DNA of 64,000 bases from Octopus sinensis. Taxonomy: Eukaryota. A model generated the notes under the pieces. It saw nothing but the letters and a program-made list of their open reading frames with translations, was not told where the DNA came from and made no database searches. The DNA lies in assembly GCF_006345805.1 (NCBI RefSeq), contig NC_042999.1, positions 168,144,001 through 168,208,000 on the forward strand. Reading direction: 5' to 3'. Below are positions 61,916 to 64,000 of this stretch, in pieces. A program made the translations under genes and the position numbers. How positions within the stretch are numbered: the first letter of the stretch is position 1; each line of letters starts with the position of its first letter.

Positions 61916-64000
61916 CATGAGTGTAGTGGGTGCTTTTTATGTGCCACCCGCACAGGTGCCAGGCAGAGCTGGCAGACGGCCACGAACGGATGGTGCTTTT
62001 TATGTGCCACCAGCACGGGACCAGGCGAGGCTGGCAACGGACACGAACGGATGGTGCTTTTTACGTGCCACCGGCACGAGGCCAGTCGGGGCGGCGCTGG
62101 CAACGGTCGCGAAATGGATGGTTCTCTTACATGCCACCGGCACTGGTAACACATCTGCAATTTCCATTGATCAATTTCGATTCTGATCCTCCCTTGCCTC
62201 AACAGGTCTTCACAAGTAGAGTTTTGTGTCCCAAGAAGGGAAGGTATGCATAAGTGGCTGGCTCCATCCCATGTAGAAGGCTACGGGTTATGGACTCACT
62301 TGTCCTGCCGGGTCTTCTCGCGCACAGCACACTTCCAGAGGTCTCGGTCTCTAGTCATTTCCTCAGTGAGACCTAAAGTTCGAAGGTTGTGCTTCACCAC
62401 CTCGTCCCAGGTTTTCCTGGGTCTGCCTCTTCCGCAGGTTCCCTCAACCGCTAGGGTGTGGCAATTTTTCACACAACTATCTTCATCCATTCTCGCCACA
62501 TGACCATACCAGCGCAAACATCTCTCTTGCACACCACAACTGATGCTTCTTAGGTCCAGCTTTTCTCTCAAGGTACTTACACTCTGCAGAGTATGAGTAC
62601 TGACAATACACATCCATCGGAGCATACTAGCTTCATTTCTTGCGAGCTTACGCATATCCTCAGCAGTCACGGCCCATGTTTCACTGCCATGTAGCATGGC
62701 TGTTCGTACACACGCATTATACAGTCTGCCTTTTACTCTGCGCGAGAGGCCTTTTGTCACCAGCAGAGGTAAGAGCTCTCTGAACTTTGCCCAAGCTATT
62801 CTTACTCTAGCAGTTACACTTTCAGCACTACCGCCCCCGCTGCTGACTTGGTCACCTAGGTAACGGAAACTATCAACTACTTCTAGTTTTTCTCCCTGGA
62901 AAGTGACGGAAGTTGATCTCAGAGCATTTTCAGTGTTTATTGTTCCTGAGCATCTGCCACATACAAAAACCATCTTCCTAGTTAGCCTTCCTTTGACATT
63001 GCTGCACCTCTTATGTGTCCATAGCTTACACTTGGTGCATCTTATAGAGTTTCTACCTACACCTTTTCTACAGATCGAGCAGGGCCATCTACCTGAAGGC
63101 GTTTGTGATTTGTCTACCTTCCTACTGATTACAACTTTGGTTTTAGCTAGATTGACTCTGAGGCCCTTCGATTCTAATCCTTGTTTCCACACCTGAAACT
63201 TCTCCTCCAGTTCTGATAGCGACTCAGCAATTAGAGCAAGGTTATCAGCATAGAGGAGCTCCCAAGTGCATCCTGTCTTGAATTCCTCCGTTATTGCCTG
63301 GAGGACTATGATAAATAGGAGGGGACTGAGGACTGAACCTTGGTGGACCCCAACCTCTACCCGGAATTCTTCACTGTACTCGTTGCCAACCCTCACCTTA
63401 CTAGCAGCGTCTCTATACATGGCTCGCACAGCTCTCACTAACCATTCATCTATCCCTAGTTTCCTCATTGACCACCAGATAAGGGATCGGGGGACCCTGT
63501 CAAAGGCTTTCTCCATGTCAACGAAAGCCAGGTACAGAGGTTTATCTTTGGCTAGGTATTTCTCCTGCAGCTGTCTTACCAGAAATATAGCATCAGTGGT
63601 GCTTTTCCCTGGCATGAACCCAAACTGCATCTCATCTAAACTGACTCTGTCTCTAATTAGTTGGGCTATGACCCTCTCCGTAACCTTCATCACCTGATCC
63701 AACGGCTTGATGCCTCTGTAGTTATTTGTATCTAGGGCGTCACCTTTACCTTTGTAGCAGTTGACTATTATGCTGCTACACCAGTCATTGGGTATGACTC
63801 CTTTGTGTATTACCTGATTAACTATACGGGTGACTAGGCTATAGCCGACACTACCAGATATTTTGAGCATCTCTGCAGTGATTCCTGATGGGCCTGGGGC
63901 TTTCCCTGTCTTCATGCTTCTAATTGACTTAACTACCAAGGAACTATCAACTCAGATAGCTGGTCCCTCTGTTGGGTTGACATTCGGCAGACTCTCTTTA
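61916..64000 (-). mobile_element. RTE-like LINE (RT + Cys/His finger + 3'UTR), continuing beyond the window
   Basis: Open 547-aa ORF at 62296-63939 with AFVDMEKAFD, GVHQGSVLSPLLF, LYADN (YADD altered), CSICRKGVGRNSIRCTKCKLWTHKRC...CGRC and RWYGHVARM. The terminal 3' tail is missing. Confidence 0.95.

Overview
This is eukaryotic, AT-rich DNA dominated by repeats, with a 100-N assembly gap at 55536-55635. The SINE/LINE inventory and (CAT)n/(TA)n tails suggest a coleoid cephalopod such as Octopus; that is inference, since no database search was possible. I found no intact host gene, rRNA, true tRNA or CRISPR array, and most ORF-track entries are shadow ORFs of repeats. Recognisable contents: two decayed Helitron RepHel elements (+ ~5.6-10.9 kb; - ~56.5-59.5 kb) plus non-autonomous Helitrons; a TSD-flanked CR1-like LINE nested in an older LINE; many copies of an RTE-like LINE carrying a Cys/His finger and a VNTR-bearing 3'UTR; a second RTE-type LINE; three Penelope-like GIY-YIG remnants; mariner and piggyBac remnants; TTAA MITEs; four tRNA-derived SINE families; and tandem arrays. 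Two observations stand out. First, palindromic non-coding units carry minimal hammerhead-ribozyme cores of the Penelope type (14.8/15.1 kb, 48.1 kb, 53.9 kb). Second, a 792-bp foldback element at 50993-51784 has TTAGGG repeats in both arms. A weak candidate two-exon host-gene start lies at 35251-36903.
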